A stretch of 64,000 nt of DNA from an uncultured Gammaproteobacteria bacterium (GCA_964448725.1 CAYVAJ010000005.1:2137-66136); one strand, 5' to 3'; positions 1 through 11,059 are shown, numbered from the stretch's first letter. The notes: generated by a model from the sequence alone, not told the origin. Numbers and translations are program-made.

Positions 1-513
1 ATTGAGGTAATTACGGCGTTATTAACAGTACCTGTCATGATAACAGTCCTCATTACAAATTTAAATAATCTCAGTTCAAAAAAGGAAGAACACAGTACTC
101 CAGCACCTCAACCAAAGCAAGAAATTATAATCAAAGAAGTGCCTTCTGGAGATTCTGCACCACAAGCAGGGGCTTCTGCAAAACAACTCACGCCTGATAG
201 CTGTAAGAAAGAAGTTGGACCGGTTACTATTTCTTATCCAAAAGAGGGACAAGCAGTTGATGAAAACCCGCTGAATATTATTGTGAATTATGATGATGAC
301 ACCTACTGCTCTGTTGTCTGGTCATACCGAATCAATAACGGTCCATGGTCAGAATATAATAGTAGTTCTATTTCTTTTTATGATATGCCAAGCGGAGAGA
401 AAAAATTAGACCTGCGAATTCAAAGTACAGTGTCTCAAGACCAAGAAATGATTTCACGGACATTTACCTACACGAACTCTTCTACTCCGGTTGCAACCCA
501 ATCGGCTGAATAA
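1..513 (+). CDS. Hypothetical membrane-anchored protein with C-terminal Ig-like domain (5' partial)
   Basis: Frame is open from base 1 (IEVITALLTVPVMITVLI, hydrophobic). A Pro-rich linker is followed by a beta-rich VTISYPKEG domain. Confidence 0.6.
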   Translation: MEVITALLTVPVMITVLITNLNNLSSKKEEHSTPAPQPKQEIIIKEVPSGDSAPQAGASAKQLTPDSCKKEVGPVTISYPKEGQAVDENPLNIIVNYDDDTYCSVVWSYRINNGPWSEYNSSSISFYDMPSGEKKLDLRIQSTVSQDQEMISRTFTYTNSSTPVATQSAE

Positions 514-538
514 GTCTACATGAACAAATACAAGCCAT

Positions 539-2200
539 CTATTTACTTCTTTTCTTCTTCGTCTTAGGATCTAACTCAAACCATAAAAATCGATGTCCTG
601 TAAGGGTAAAAAGATATGGACGCTCTTTTATTCTGGGAAATAATACGTCACCGATCATTTCTTTCGGTTTGATTCCAAAATATTCTGACAAATCAAGCTG
701 AAAATATTGAGGTTTACGTGATAGATTGAACACACACAGTACATCTTTTTCTTTATATGTTCGGATAAATGCTAGAATACTTTCATTTTCAGGTGAGAGG
801 ATCTTAATTCCTCCTCTTCCAAATGCTTTTGTTTTTTTACGCAGCTTAATAAGTCCCCGAGTCCAATTTAATAACGAATATGGAAGACGTTCCAGAGTCT
901 TTACATTAACTGATTGATAATGAAACATTGGGTTTTCAATTATGGGTAAGTATAACTGTTCTGGATCAGCCTGCGAAAAGCCCGCGTTTCGATCAGGAGA
1001 CCATTGCATAGGAGTCCGTACTCCATTTCGATCACCTAGAAATACATTATCACCCATACCTAATTCATCTCCATAATAAATAACTGGTGTACCAGGCAAT
1101 GCAAAAAGCAATGCATTTAATAACTCCAATGTCATACGGTCATTATCAACAAGTGGAGCTAGTCTGCGCCTAATTCCTACGTTAATTCTCATTTTTGGAT
1201 GCTTTGCATACTCGTTATACATATAATCCCGCTCATCATCAGTTACCATTTCAAGCGTCAGTTCATCATGATTGCGTAGAAACTTTGCCCACTGGCAACT
1301 GGGAGGAATATTTACTGTCTGTTGTAAAATGTCGACCACAGGATTACGATCTGCTTTTCTGATTGCAATAAATATTCGTGGCATTAGTGGAAAATTAAAT
1401 GCCATGTGAAACTCATCTCCTTGCCCAAAATATGGAATTGCTTCAGTCGGCCATTGATTTGCTTCAGCCAGTAGGATTGCTTCAGGATAATCGCGGTCTA
1501 ACATTGCGCGTACTTCCCGTAAGTATGCATGGGTCTCTGGAAGGTTTTCACCAGTAGTTCCTTCTTTTTCAAAAAGATATGGCACTGCATCACACCGAAA
1601 TCCATCCAGCCCCATATCAAGCCAAAATCGGACGATATTTTCCATCTCTTCACGGACATCTGGATTTTCATAATTCAGATCAGGCTGATGACTGAAGAAA
1701 CGGTGCCAATAATATTGCTTGGCAATCGGGTCCCATGTCCAATTAGAGATTTCAGTATCAACAAATATGATCCGTGCATCCTGATATTTTTTATCAGTAT
1801 CAGACCATACGAACCAATCACGTTTAGGTGAATTAGGATCCTGTCTTGCTTCCTGAAACCAAGCATGATCTGATGAGACGTGATTAAAAACCATATCTGC
1901 AATCACCCGTATACCCCGTCTGTGTGCCTGCTTTATAAAGCGTTTAAAGTCGTCCAACGTTCCATAATCAGGATGGATATTATAAAAATCAGCCACATCA
2001 TACCCATCATCGCGTAATGGAGAAGGATAAAACGGGAGCAGCCAAATACAATCTACTCCCAGATTTTTCAAATAGTCGAGACGTTGAGTGAGCCCAGCAA
2101 AGTCTCCAACTCCATCGTTATTACTATCAAAGAATGATTTGACATGCACCTCGTATATGATTGCATCTTTATACCACAAAGGGTCTTGCTGTTTTGCCAT
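539..2200 (-). CDS. treS: Trehalose synthase / maltose alpha-D-glucosyltransferase (GH13)
   Basis: TreS-type motifs [29 protein letters not shown] and [11 protein letters not shown]. Confidence 0.95.
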   Translation of the reverse strand: MAKQQDPLWYKDAIIYEVHVKSFFDSNNDGVGDFAGLTQRLDYLKNLGVDCIWLLPFYPSPLRDDGYDVADFYNIHPDYGTLDDFKRFIKQAHRRGIRVIADMVFNHVSSDHAWFQEARQDPNSPKRDWFVWSDTDKKYQDARIIFVDTEISNWTWDPIAKQYYWHRFFSHQPDLNYENPDVREEMENIVRFWLDMGLDGFRCDAVPYLFEKEGTTGENLPETHAYLREVRAMLDRDYPEAILLAEANQWPTEAIPYFGQGDEFHMAFNFPLMPRIFIAIRKADRNPVVDILQQTVNIPPSCQWAKFLRNHDELTLEMVTDDERDYMYNEYAKHPKMRINVGIRRRLAPLVDNDRMTLELLNALLFALPGTPVIYYGDELGMGDNVFLGDRNGVRTPMQWSPDRNAGFSQADPEQLYLPIIENPMFHYQSVNVKTLERLPYSLLNWTRGLIKLRKKTKAFGRGGIKILSPENESILAFIRTYKEKDVLCVFNLSRKPQYFQLDLSEYFGIKPKEMIGDVLFPRIKERPYLFTLTGHRFLWFELDPKTKKKRSK

Positions 2201-2330
2201 GAATATACGATATTATCAGAGAAAATTAAGATCAACGTAAGAATTGGTTGGCATGATTATTACATGAATCTTATCTCATCCATACAGCTTCTATATAGTA
2301 ATTAACCATTATCAAACTAGTTTTGATTGT

Positions 2331-2822
2331 ATGGCAAAAAGTACTACGAAAACCACAATACAGTTAGATGAGGATCTCAATCTCCAATCATTATTTTGGA
2401 AAACACAACGATTTGGCTGGATCATTTTTGCATTTATTCTTGCAGCCGCCTTTCTCGGTTTTACCGGTACAGGTCCGCTCAATAATACAACAGCTGAAAA
2501 CCAGAGTTTACGTATATCCTATCACCCATTTGCACGTCAACTCACCGCAACTGACTTAACAATACAGATAAAGAACTTGCAAAAGGATCAGGCAAGTTTT
2601 TGGATTGATCAAGATTTTTTAAATAAATACCAAATACAAGGTATTACTCCTGAACCTGATGAAGTAACTATTGATGGAACAAAACTGCAGTATCAGTTTA
2701 AGCAAAGGAGTACTCCTGTTGAGATCACTTTACATCTCCAACCCCAGCAATTTAGTTTTATTCAGGGAAAAATCGGACAAGCAAATGAAGAACTAACAGT
2801 TCGTCAATTTGTATATCCTTAA
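2331..2822 (+). CDS. Hypothetical single-pass membrane protein, likely co-transcribed with DUF421 gene
   Basis: One TM segment (GWIIFAFILAAAFLGFTG); 6 nt gap to the next gene. Confidence 0.7.
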   Translation: MAKSTTKTTIQLDEDLNLQSLFWKTQRFGWIIFAFILAAAFLGFTGTGPLNNTTAENQSLRISYHPFARQLTATDLTIQIKNLQKDQASFWIDQDFLNKYQIQGITPEPDEVTIDGTKLQYQFKQRSTPVEITLHLQPQQFSFIQGKIGQANEELTVRQFVYP

Positions 2823-2828
2823 AAACTT

Positions 2829-3281
2829 ATGGATTCAATACTACGTGCTCTTACAATTTATTTTTTTGTACTGATTATCTTTCGCATCTCTGGTAAACGA
2901 ACACTTGCTGACGTGACTACATTTGATTTTGTACTTCTCCTCATTGTCGGAGAAGCAACACAACAGGCATTACTTGGAGATGACTTTTCTATCATAAATG
3001 CTGTCATCGTCATTACAACCCTTATCTCTGGAGAAATCATATTATCGCTTGTTACGAGAAAATCAAAAATGATTGACAAATGGATTAATGGAGTACCTCT
3101 CATTCTCCTTGAAAATGGCAAACCTTTAAAAGACAGAATGACGAATGAACGAGTAGAAGAATCAGATATTCTAGAAGCTGCCCGACGTCTCCACGGGCTT
3201 GAAAGAATAGATCAGATCAAATATGCAATATTAGAAAGAAACGGTGGCATAACAATTATTCCATACGATCAATATCGGTAA
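2829..3281 (+). CDS. DUF421 / YetF-family membrane protein
   Basis: GKRTLADVTTFDFV and IKYAILERNGGITII signatures. Confidence 0.88.
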   Translation: MDSILRALTIYFFVLIIFRISGKRTLADVTTFDFVLLLIVGEATQQALLGDDFSIINAVIVITTLISGEIILSLVTRKSKMIDKWINGVPLILLENGKPLKDRMTNERVEESDILEAARRLHGLERIDQIKYAILERNGGITIIPYDQYR

Positions 3282-3297
3282 CAAAATTTTATACAAG

Positions 3298-3783
3298 TTA
3301 TTCTGATGCAAGGTATTTTTTGGTAATGAGAGGGAGTTGCTTTTTTACCCATTCTGCCATTTCTTCTTCTTCATGTAAAAAACCTTCACATACTTTTGCT
3401 GTTTCTTCATCTCCAAGTTCTTCTGCAGCAGTAATAAGTGACAGGTATGAGGCAATTTCAAAATGCTCTGTTGCAAAAATAGCAAGTGCATCTTTTACCA
3501 TTTTGTCATCTGCAATTGCAGTAGACATTCCTTGTATAGCTCCCATAATATTGGCACCAGCTGATTTAACTTGAGATACATCTCCTCCTAAACGCTCAAT
3601 ACATTTTTTAACCTTATCTGCTTGATTTTTAGTTATTTCAATATGCTCTTGTACTTTTTCTTTTACTTCTGACATCTCATCTAATTGATCCACTTGACGC
3701 TCCAAAGTTTCGACAATACTCTCTTCCATTGCGTACGCATTATTTAACCATCGGATTAATATATCTTTTTCTGTGTTATCCAT
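3298..3783 (-). CDS. Ferritin-like DUF892 (YciE/YciF-family) stress protein
   Basis: WLNNAYAME, EHIEIT and EHFEIASY motifs. Confidence 0.88.
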   Translation of the reverse strand: MDNTEKDILIRWLNNAYAMEESIVETLERQVDQLDEMSEVKEKVQEHIEITKNQADKVKKCIERLGGDVSQVKSAGANIMGAIQGMSTAIADDKMVKDALAIFATEHFEIASYLSLITAAEELGDEETAKVCEGFLHEEEEMAEWVKKQLPLITKKYLASE

Positions 3784-3861
3784 CTGATATAGATAATATA
3801 GATATTGGGTAAGAAAGGAAAATAAGTGGGGTAAGAGCTTTGTGAGGCTTTAGAAATCTTT

Positions 3862-5214
3862 CTATCCGGCTGTTACTGCAACCGTTGTTTCCTCTGTTGT
3901 CTGAGTATGCTCAATGTTATAAAATTTCATCTTGTCTCCCTTAAATAGCAATTCTTTCTCGCCTGTTGCACCATTTCTGTGTTTTGCTACAAGAACACGA
4001 ATAATGCGCTGCGGAGTCATCTCTTCATCAGGGGAATACAAAAACATTACTACATCTGCATCCTGCTCGATTGCACCAGATTCACGAAGATCAGCAAGTT
4101 GTGGTTTTTTGTCTCCTCCACGATGCTCAACTGCACGTGATAGCTGAGAGAGCGCCAGTACTGGAATACGAAGTTCACGAGCAAGATTTTTCATGCTTTG
4201 GGATATATATGAAACTTCCTGATTTCGATTTTCAAGCCGCTTGCCTGGATTTGCCAGCTGTAAATAGTCGATTACGACCATTTTAAGTCCATGTTCAAGA
4301 TGAAGACGCCGTGCTTTTGTCCGAATTTCAGCAACTGAAATTCCAGGTGTGTCATCAATAAAAATTGGATACTCAGCAAGTTCTCCCATTGCAAGAGATA
4401 ATTTCTCAAAATCCTGCTCATTTAACCGTCCTGTTTTTAATTTCCATGCATCAATTTCAGATTTGCATACTAATAAACGGTCTACTAACTCTTCTTTACT
4501 CATCTCCAATGAAAAGATAGCAACTGGATTTTTTTGAGAAGCTACAAACATTGAGGAATTAATAACAAATGCAGTTTTACCAGTACCAGGTCTTGCAGCT
4601 AAAATAAGTAAATTTGAAGGTTGCATACCAGATAATAAATTATCAAGATCTACAAACCCTGTCTCTACTCCACGAAATCTTCCACCGCTCTTATGCAAGG
4701 TATCAAGTCTATCAAAACTTTCAGCAAGCGTTTCCTTAATATGAATAAATCCTTGCTGCACGTGCTCTTGACTAACTCGAAAAATACTCTGTTCTACTTC
4801 ATCTAAAATTTCAGATGCAGCTTTTTCTTCTTGAAACGCACTATCAGTCATCTGAGCACCCAATGCAATCATTGACCGTCTGATATACCGCTCACGGACA
4901 ATTCCTGCATAATGTTCAACATTTGCTGCAGTTGGTACGACATTTGCCAGTGAAGAAAGAAATGCTGATCCGCCTACTTTTTCAAGTTGTTTTTTCTTTT
5001 TGAGAGTGCTGGTAAGTGTCAAAAGATCAATAGGCTTACGCTCATCCCACAATGCCAACATTGCTTCATAAATCATTCTATTAATATCTGAATAAAAATT
5101 ATCAGGTTTGATAAGTTCTGAGACAATCGTAATTGCTTCACGATCAATAAGAAGCGCTCCCAGAACAGCAAGTTCTGCATCGTTATCATGTGGAGGAATT
5201 CGGGTTATTGCCAT
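3862..5214 (-). CDS. dnaB: Replicative DNA helicase
   Basis: AARPGTGKT, FSLEMS, IDYLQL and DLRESGAIEQDAD; no intein. Confidence 0.98.
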   Translation of the reverse strand: MAITRIPPHDNDAELAVLGALLIDREAITIVSELIKPDNFYSDINRMIYEAMLALWDERKPIDLLTLTSTLKKKKQLEKVGGSAFLSSLANVVPTAANVEHYAGIVRERYIRRSMIALGAQMTDSAFQEEKAASEILDEVEQSIFRVSQEHVQQGFIHIKETLAESFDRLDTLHKSGGRFRGVETGFVDLDNLLSGMQPSNLLILAARPGTGKTAFVINSSMFVASQKNPVAIFSLEMSKEELVDRLLVCKSEIDAWKLKTGRLNEQDFEKLSLAMGELAEYPIFIDDTPGISVAEIRTKARRLHLEHGLKMVVIDYLQLANPGKRLENRNQEVSYISQSMKNLARELRIPVLALSQLSRAVEHRGGDKKPQLADLRESGAIEQDADVVMFLYSPDEEMTPQRIIRVLVAKHRNGATGEKELLFKGDKMKFYNIEHTQTTEETTVAVTAG

Positions 5215-5225
5215 ACTATTTCTTG

Positions 5226-5320
5226 TAAGGTAGGATATAGGACTTAGGAGACAGGATTAAAGCTTAAAACCGTAACATGAGACCTTCTGTCTTATATCAC
5301 ATCTCTTACGTCTTAAGTCT
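5226..5320. repeat. Inverted degenerate heptamer array
   Basis: TAGG/CAGG at 5231, 5238, 5245 and 5252; opposite arm TCTGTCT-TATATCA-CATCTCT-TACGTCT-TAAGTCT. Confidence 0.7.
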
Positions 5321-5326
5321 ATTCTT

Positions 5327-5830
5327 TTATTCTTTTCTCAAAACAACTACCTGCCCTTTGAGTGTTTCGTCTATCCTGCGTACATTAATTTTTGTAAGCT
5401 TTTTGCTCTCTGCTGCATGGTCAAGTAACATCGGGTCACCCAGAACCAAACAAATATCTTGTGCAAATGATGAAATTTTTTCAATATCAACCGCATCAAC
5501 TGCCTTAATAATGAGTGCAGCAAATCCTTCTTCATCTTTTATTTTCTCAAATGCAGATGAGGGACCAACAAGTACTTTGAGATTACCATCATCTATGATA
5601 TATCCCATGAAATTTCCGTAGGCAACACCAGTGATGGCTACATCCATAACTTCATAATCTCCTGGTCCGTCAATCACTATACGTTTGTTTGATACAAGAG
5701 TATCTCCTTTTTCAAATGGAGTAATATACAGAACTACTTCTGCATCAGTTTTTACATCAGGATCAAGAACCAATGTAGCTGTTTTAGTTTTAATTTTTAT
5801 ACTGGTATCAGAAAGTCGAGAAATTTCCAT
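5327..5830 (-). CDS. Degenerate MBL-fold (Lactamase_B_3-like) protein
   Basis: IKTKTATLVLDP and IDGPGDYEV are typical of the family; the HxHxDH motif is missing. Confidence 0.6.
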   Translation of the reverse strand: MEISRLSDTSIKIKTKTATLVLDPDVKTDAEVVLYITPFEKGDTLVSNKRIVIDGPGDYEVMDVAITGVAYGNFMGYIIDDGNLKVLVGPSSAFEKIKDEEGFAALIIKAVDAVDIEKISSFAQDICLVLGDPMLLDHAAESKKLTKINVRRIDETLKGQVVVLRKE

Positions 5831-6005
5831 AATAATTACCTTTACATTCTCTCAAACAACCGCTTGTATGCAGTCGTTACTTATGCTATCAGAAACGCGC
5901 TTCCTTGACAAGTCTTTCCTTTTGATTTAATATATGCCTTACTAACCAATCAAAAATTTCAGAAAATACTGATATTTCAAGATAAACAACACCTGCTCTG
6001 TTTAT

Positions 6006-6443
6006 ATGAAGGAACGCTTAATTATTGTTTTTGTTGCTGTCGTAATCGGACTTGTACTCACCACAGTCGGCTATTTAGTATATCAATCTACCCAAATGCC
6101 ACCAGAACCAGGAGAAACTACACAGCCCACTACTCAATCAGCTACTACTCCAACACCTGCTCCCGACACTAACTCTTTTCATGTTATAATAACAGAACCA
6201 AAGCCAGAAGCGATCACTGATAAGCGCACGATAACCGTTAAAGGAACAACAAATCCAGGAAATACCGTTGTCATATCAACCAATCAAGCTGATGTGATAG
6301 CTCAACCAAAAGAAGATGGTTCATTTTCCACTACGGTTACTATTAATGCTGGTACCAATATACTCATAGCACGCGCAATTGATACACATGGCAACACAAC
6401 AGAAGATAGAAGAGTTATAACTTTTGTTGCAGAAGAATTTTAA
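6006..6443 (+). CDS. Membrane-anchored Ig-like domain protein
   Basis: N-terminal TM, P/T-rich linker, then ITVKGTT...DGSFS...GTN...AIDTHGN Ig-like pattern. Confidence 0.7.
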   Translation: MKERLIIVFVAVVIGLVLTTVGYLVYQSTQMPPEPGETTQPTTQSATTPTPAPDTNSFHVIITEPKPEAITDKRTITVKGTTNPGNTVVISTNQADVIAQPKEDGSFSTTVTINAGTNILIARAIDTHGNTTEDRRVITFVAEEF

Positions 6444-6452
6444 TAATTATCT

Positions 6453-7160
6453 ATGAAACAGATTCTTTCAATAATCACACTTCTTACCCTGCTCATCGCA
6501 CATACAGGGACAATTTTTGCTACAAGCGGAGAATCACAAGCGTCTGACTCAGCAGAGATGAAAACTATAGAAAAGATTAAAGAAATGGTTGCAGATAAAG
6601 TATCAAAACTCAATATTATTGAAAAAAGAGGCTTTATTGGAACCGTACAGGATACCTCAAACACACAGATCACTGTACAAGATTTACATGGGAAAAAAAG
6701 ATTTATTGATATTGATGAGTTGACCAAATTTCAAGAGTCAATCGGATCTTCAAAGACTTTTGGAATATCAGATGTTCAAAAAGGGGATCGGCTTGCATTT
6801 GTCGGTCAGTATAATACAGAGACAGAGCGCCTACTCGCACGATTTGTCACGAAAACAGATTCTATTCCTCAGCACATAGATGGAATTGTCACCAGTATTG
6901 ATGATGATGAATTCATAATTACGGTTACTACAGAAAAAAAGGAAAAGATACTAATAGATATAGAGCGATCAACAGATACCCGATCTTACGATGCTAAAGA
7001 AGGCATGCAGGATTCTGGATTCTCTCAAATTAAAACAGGTGAAAAAGTACTTATTGTTGGATTTCCTGATGAAAAAGAAGAGAATCGCTTCTCTGCCTCA
7101 CGTGTACTTCATTTCTTAAGTCCTCAACCAGATACCCCATCCCCAACGGAAAAAGAATAA
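6453..7160 (+). CDS. Secreted protein with tandem OB-like (DUF5666-like) repeats
   Basis: Signal peptide; two repeats ending SDVQKGDRL and SQIKTGEKV. Confidence 0.6.
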   Translation: MKQILSIITLLTLLIAHTGTIFATSGESQASDSAEMKTIEKIKEMVADKVSKLNIIEKRGFIGTVQDTSNTQITVQDLHGKKRFIDIDELTKFQESIGSSKTFGISDVQKGDRLAFVGQYNTETERLLARFVTKTDSIPQHIDGIVTSIDDDEFIITVTTEKKEKILIDIERSTDTRSYDAKEGMQDSGFSQIKTGEKVLIVGFPDEKEENRFSASRVLHFLSPQPDTPSPTEKE

Positions 7161-7170
7161 GCCTAAAAGG

Positions 7171-7243
7171 CAAATTCCAAACACCAACTAGCAAAAAGTA
7201 AGGAAATGATATTTTTGGAATATGGTATTATGAACTGGAATTT
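7171..7243. repeat. Inverted degenerate heptamer array between convergent genes
   Basis: CAAATTC-CAAACAC-CAACTAG-CAAAAAG, then TTGGAAT-ATGGTAT...TGGAATT. Confidence 0.55.
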
Positions 7244-7251
7244 AAAGACCC

Positions 7252-8640
7252 TTAGATTTTCTTCAGTATCTGCGTTTTTCCGCCTTCACGATCCTTTATG
7301 GTATATCCCATTTCCTCGATCTTTTTACGAAGCTGATCTGATTGGGAGTACAATTTTTGTCTACGCATCTCTTCTCGTTCACGTACCAATTCTTGTACTG
7401 ATTCAGGAATTGAACGCATTGCCTCTACTTGTTCACGAATTTTAAGCCCGAGTACTTCATCCATTGCATACAATGATGCTGCTTTATCTCTATCCGGATT
7501 CTTTGAGCGTAGCATCTCCCACATCACTGCAATTGCTTTTGGCATATTTAAGTCAGTGCTTATAGCATCCTGAAAATCCCTGTCATACTCAATGCATCCA
7601 TCCCCTACTATTTCTGGAAACCCTTGGGCTATCTCATAAATACGTTCAAGTGCCTGCTGTGCTGCAGTTAAACTCTTCCAAGTAAAATTCATCTCCGTCC
7701 GATAATGAGTCTGAAAAGTAAGATATCGAAATGCCAAGGGTGAGATATTTTTTGCAACTACATCATTAATTCTGTAAAAATTTTCTTTAGATTTTGACAT
7801 TTTTTGGTCATTGACCATTAAATGCTCGTGGTGTACCCAATATTTTACAAACTCGACCCCACTGGCTGCTTCAGATTGTGCTCGTTCATTGGTGTGATGT
7901 ACTGGAATATGATCAATTCCACCGGTATGGATATCAAGTGTCGCACCTAAATATTTCATTGACATTGCTGAGCATTCTATATGCCAACCAGGAAAACCTT
8001 CTCCCCAAGGTGACTCCCATCTCAATGCGTGATCAGCAAAACGACCTTTTGTAAAAAACCAAAGTGCAAAATCCTGTGGGTTTCTTTTTTTTGAATCTAC
8101 CACTACATCATCACGGGCTCCTACTATTTTATCTTCTAAATCCTGACCAGATAGCGCAGTGTAGCTCGGAAATTTAGAAATATCAAAATATACTGCTTGT
8201 CCTGTTTTGTATGTATACCCTTTTTCTTGTAGTATCTCAATCAACTCTATTTGATCTGCAATATGCTCTGTTGCTCGTGCAACAATTGTAGGGCGTTTAA
8301 TATTAACGCTATCAGTTGAGACAAAAAAATCTTCTTCAAAAAAGTGAGCTACTTCCAGCACGCTTTTCCCAAATTTTCTTGCTCCTTTCTCAAGCTTATC
8401 TTCTCCAGCATCTGCATCTGATGCTAAATGCCCTACATCTGTTATATTCATAACATGACGAACAGTATACCCATTCGATTCTAATACTCTTCGCAAAATA
8501 TCATCGTTTATGTATTTGCGCATGTGACCAATGTGAGCATAATCATACACAGTTGGACCACAGGCATACATCCTAATTTCATCAGGATCTTGCGGAATAA
8601 ACTCTTCAATAGTGCGCGAAAGTGTATTATAAAGCTGCAT
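7252..8640 (-). CDS. cysS: Cysteine--tRNA ligase
   Basis: CGPTVY, HIGH, PGWHIEC and KMSKS. Confidence 0.98.
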   Translation of the reverse strand: MQLYNTLSRTIEEFIPQDPDEIRMYACGPTVYDYAHIGHMRKYINDDILRRVLESNGYTVRHVMNITDVGHLASDADAGEDKLEKGARKFGKSVLEVAHFFEEDFFVSTDSVNIKRPTIVARATEHIADQIELIEILQEKGYTYKTGQAVYFDISKFPSYTALSGQDLEDKIVGARDDVVVDSKKRNPQDFALWFFTKGRFADHALRWESPWGEGFPGWHIECSAMSMKYLGATLDIHTGGIDHIPVHHTNERAQSEAASGVEFVKYWVHHEHLMVNDQKMSKSKENFYRINDVVAKNISPLAFRYLTFQTHYRTEMNFTWKSLTAAQQALERIYEIAQGFPEIVGDGCIEYDRDFQDAISTDLNMPKAIAVMWEMLRSKNPDRDKAASLYAMDEVLGLKIREQVEAMRSIPESVQELVREREEMRRQKLYSQSDQLRKKIEEMGYTIKDREGGKTQILKKI

Positions 8641-8682
8641 AGGAGTGATTGTATCAGATAATGAACAGAAATTCGAATATAT

Positions 8683-9282
8683 TTAGCATGATCCTACTGG
8701 CACATTAACAGTTACTGATTCAAATCCGAATGAGCGCAAAATAGGAGTAAGTTGCTTTTTCCCATTCTCTGTAGCTTCAGTCAAAATTCCTGATTCGCAT
8801 GCTGCTTGTCTTATGGTTTCCTCTGCTTCAAGTCGAGCCGCAGATTCTAGATCTTTATCACCACGATTTAGCAATCCTTGCTGACGGTCATACACGCGTG
8901 ATTGTGCACTATCCAGTCTGACAAAAAATATCTCAGGCTGGGGAAGCATGATTGTTACTGCAGAACCTGAGATAGATATATCATCTTGCGTAAGTTGTGA
9001 TAAATCAAATCCAGCAATTACTTGACCATGTGCGATAAAAAGCAAACGATCCCCAAACAATAGATTTTGGAAGGCATTCCCTGACGTACCTGCATCTATA
9101 ATTTTTTCAATTGTAAACTGTGCAGTTTCCAATCGGTTAAGAGACTTCATTTCTTTGACAACTGCTGCCCCACTACGGAACTCATACTGATCACTAATTC
9201 TTGACCAAATAAAAAAACTAATAGCACCAATTGCAATAACAATTGCCAGCGTAAGAATAGGCTTGGAATATTTCAGAAGCAT
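8683..9282 (-). CDS. DUF4230 domain protein
   Basis: N-terminal TM; LETA, G.VIAGFDL and LPQPEI signatures. Confidence 0.82.
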   Translation of the reverse strand: MLLKYSKPILTLAIVIAIGAISFFIWSRISDQYEFRSGAAVVKEMKSLNRLETAQFTIEKIIDAGTSGNAFQNLLFGDRLLFIAHGQVIAGFDLSQLTQDDISISGSAVTIMLPQPEIFFVRLDSAQSRVYDRQQGLLNRGDKDLESAARLEAEETIRQAACESGILTEATENGKKQLTPILRSFGFESVTVNVPVGSC

Positions 9283-9299
9283 ATGGATATTGTAACAGG

Positions 9300-9376
9300 T
9301 CAGTAATCAGTAGTCAGTAATCAATAATCTATAATCTATAATCTATAATCTATAATCTATAATCTATAATCTATAA
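9300..9376. repeat. Heptamer tandem repeat: 4 degenerate units plus (TCTATAA)7
   Basis: TCAGTAA TCAGTAG TCAGTAA TCAATAA, then seven perfect TCTATAA at 9328-9376. Confidence 0.95.
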
Positions 9377-9398
9377 AATTATATCTAATACTGTGAAA

Positions 9399-10679
9399 TT
9401 AATTATTTAGGAGTTCTTGAATTGCACGCTGGAGTTGATTATCGTAAGTTTTACCTTCACTCTGTTCTTGGTTGAACTCAACTTTTATATCAGGCTCCAA
9501 CCCTTTTTCATGTACCCATGTGCCATCTGGAGTGAGCCATTTCGCAATCGTCAAATGCACACTTGCACCAGCATCAACATCTAGTGCTTGTTGAATCGTA
9601 CCTTTTCCAAATGATGTTTCACCGATTAATACTGCTCTGTCATGATCACGCAGAGCACCTGAGACTATCTCTGATGCAGAAGCTGACCCTTTATTGATCA
9701 GTACCACTAGTGGTGTATCAAGTAATAACCCTTTTCGTGAGACAGAAAGCGCTGCTTCACGTCCCGCACCGTCTTCCTGTCGTACAATCACCCCTGAGTC
9801 AATAAATTCTGAAGCAATAAATACTGCATCAGTTAGATAACCACCTGGATTATTTCGTACATCAAGAATTACCCCTTTAACGTTCTGGTTTTTTTTCATC
9901 TGACTATACACTTCATTTATTTTTTCAATCCATTCATCATTTGTACGATCACCAAACTGTGAAACTCGCATATAGGCAACAGATGGACAGGTATCACATT
10001 CAGGAGCAGGATTGCATTGATTATTGTTACATTGTACTTTTTGTACCCATGCAGTAACACTGTCAATAGTAATCGTGTCACGGGTTACTGTTATTACTTC
10101 TTGTTTTTTGTCTTGTTCATGCAATACAGTAAGCTTTACCTGTGTTCCTTTTTGTCCCCGTATTTTTTCCACTGCTTGAGATATTGTCCATCCAGCAGTT
10201 GTTTCATCATTTACTTGTAAGATAATGTCACCACTCCGTATCCCTGCTTTTTTTGCAGGAGAGTCATCAAGTGGAGAAATAACAGTAATTCTTTTATCAG
10301 ACGTCATCCCCAGTTCTGCACCAATACCTGAAAATTCACCTGCCATTTGTGTTTTAAATTCTTCATTTTCTTTTGGTGGGAAAAATGATGTGTATGGATC
10401 ATCAAGACTCTCAAGCATTCCTGAAACAGCCCCATATATCATTTTTTGCGCATCAACTTTTGATTTATCATAATAATCGCGATTAACCTGCTCTATTACG
10501 TTATATAGGAGAGAAAAATCAATTGATTGTGCCTCAGGGGGAGCTTTCGATTCAATACCGATAACGGGTCTATAATTTGCCCATGCAAGTTCAACATTAC
10601 GAGTACCATATGCATATCCTGCGAGTACACATACAACCATGAGAAGTATAATCTGAAAACGTTTTAAGTTATTTTTCAT
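9399..10679 (-). CDS. S41 C-terminal processing peptidase with PDZ domain
   Basis: LDDPYT, DVRNNPGG, SASASEI and FGKG motifs; ATG at 10679 chosen as start. Confidence 0.94.
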   Translation of the reverse strand: MKNNLKRFQIILLMVVCVLAGYAYGTRNVELAWANYRPVIGIESKAPPEAQSIDFSLLYNVIEQVNRDYYDKSKVDAQKMIYGAVSGMLESLDDPYTSFFPPKENEEFKTQMAGEFSGIGAELGMTSDKRITVISPLDDSPAKKAGIRSGDIILQVNDETTAGWTISQAVEKIRGQKGTQVKLTVLHEQDKKQEVITVTRDTITIDSVTAWVQKVQCNNNQCNPAPECDTCPSVAYMRVSQFGDRTNDEWIEKINEVYSQMKKNQNVKGVILDVRNNPGGYLTDAVFIASEFIDSGVIVRQEDGAGREAALSVSRKGLLLDTPLVVLINKGSASASEIVSGALRDHDRAVLIGETSFGKGTIQQALDVDAGASVHLTIAKWLTPDGTWVHEKGLEPDIKVEFNQEQSEGKTYDNQLQRAIQELLNN

Positions 10680-10750
10680 GAGGTCACTCAATTCTAAATG
10701 AAAGTATGTATGAAATCAATTATGGAAATTAATAGAAATAATAATTTATA

Positions 10751-10826
10751 AATAACAAATCCCAAATAAATATCAATTTACAAATTTCAACTTATTTTAT
10801 ACTTGGTGTTGGTATTTTGGAATTTA
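10751..10826. repeat. Inverted degenerate heptamer array
   Basis: CAAATCC-CAAATAA...CAATTTA-CAAATTT, then TTGGTGTTGGTATTTTGGAATTT. Confidence 0.55.
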
Positions 10827-10828
10827 CC

Positions 10829-11059
10829 TTATTCAGGTTTGACAGTAAAAGGAAGAATTGCAAGATACCGAGCACGTTTGATTGCATCAGTAATCTTACG
10901 TTGATGTTTTGCACAAAGACTTGTTCTGCTTCGTGGATGAATTTTACCACGCTCAGATAAAAACTTATTCAGTTCATTCACATTCATAAAATCAGGAGCT
11001 TTTTTTTCCTTACAATATGAACAGTTTGTTACAATTTGTATTTTCTTTGGTTGTGCCAT
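10829..11059 (-). CDS. rpsR: 30S ribosomal protein S18 (Zn-binding type)
   Basis: CSYC, SERGKI, CAKHQR and IKRARYLAILPF. Confidence 0.96.
   Translation of the reverse strand: MAQPKKIQIVTNCSYCKEKKAPDFMNVNELNKFLSERGKIHPRSRTSLCAKHQRKITDAIKRARYLAILPFTVKPE

Noticed and set aside
9300-9376. CRISPR array
   Set aside because: Contiguous 7-bp units with no spacers, and no cas genes in the window.
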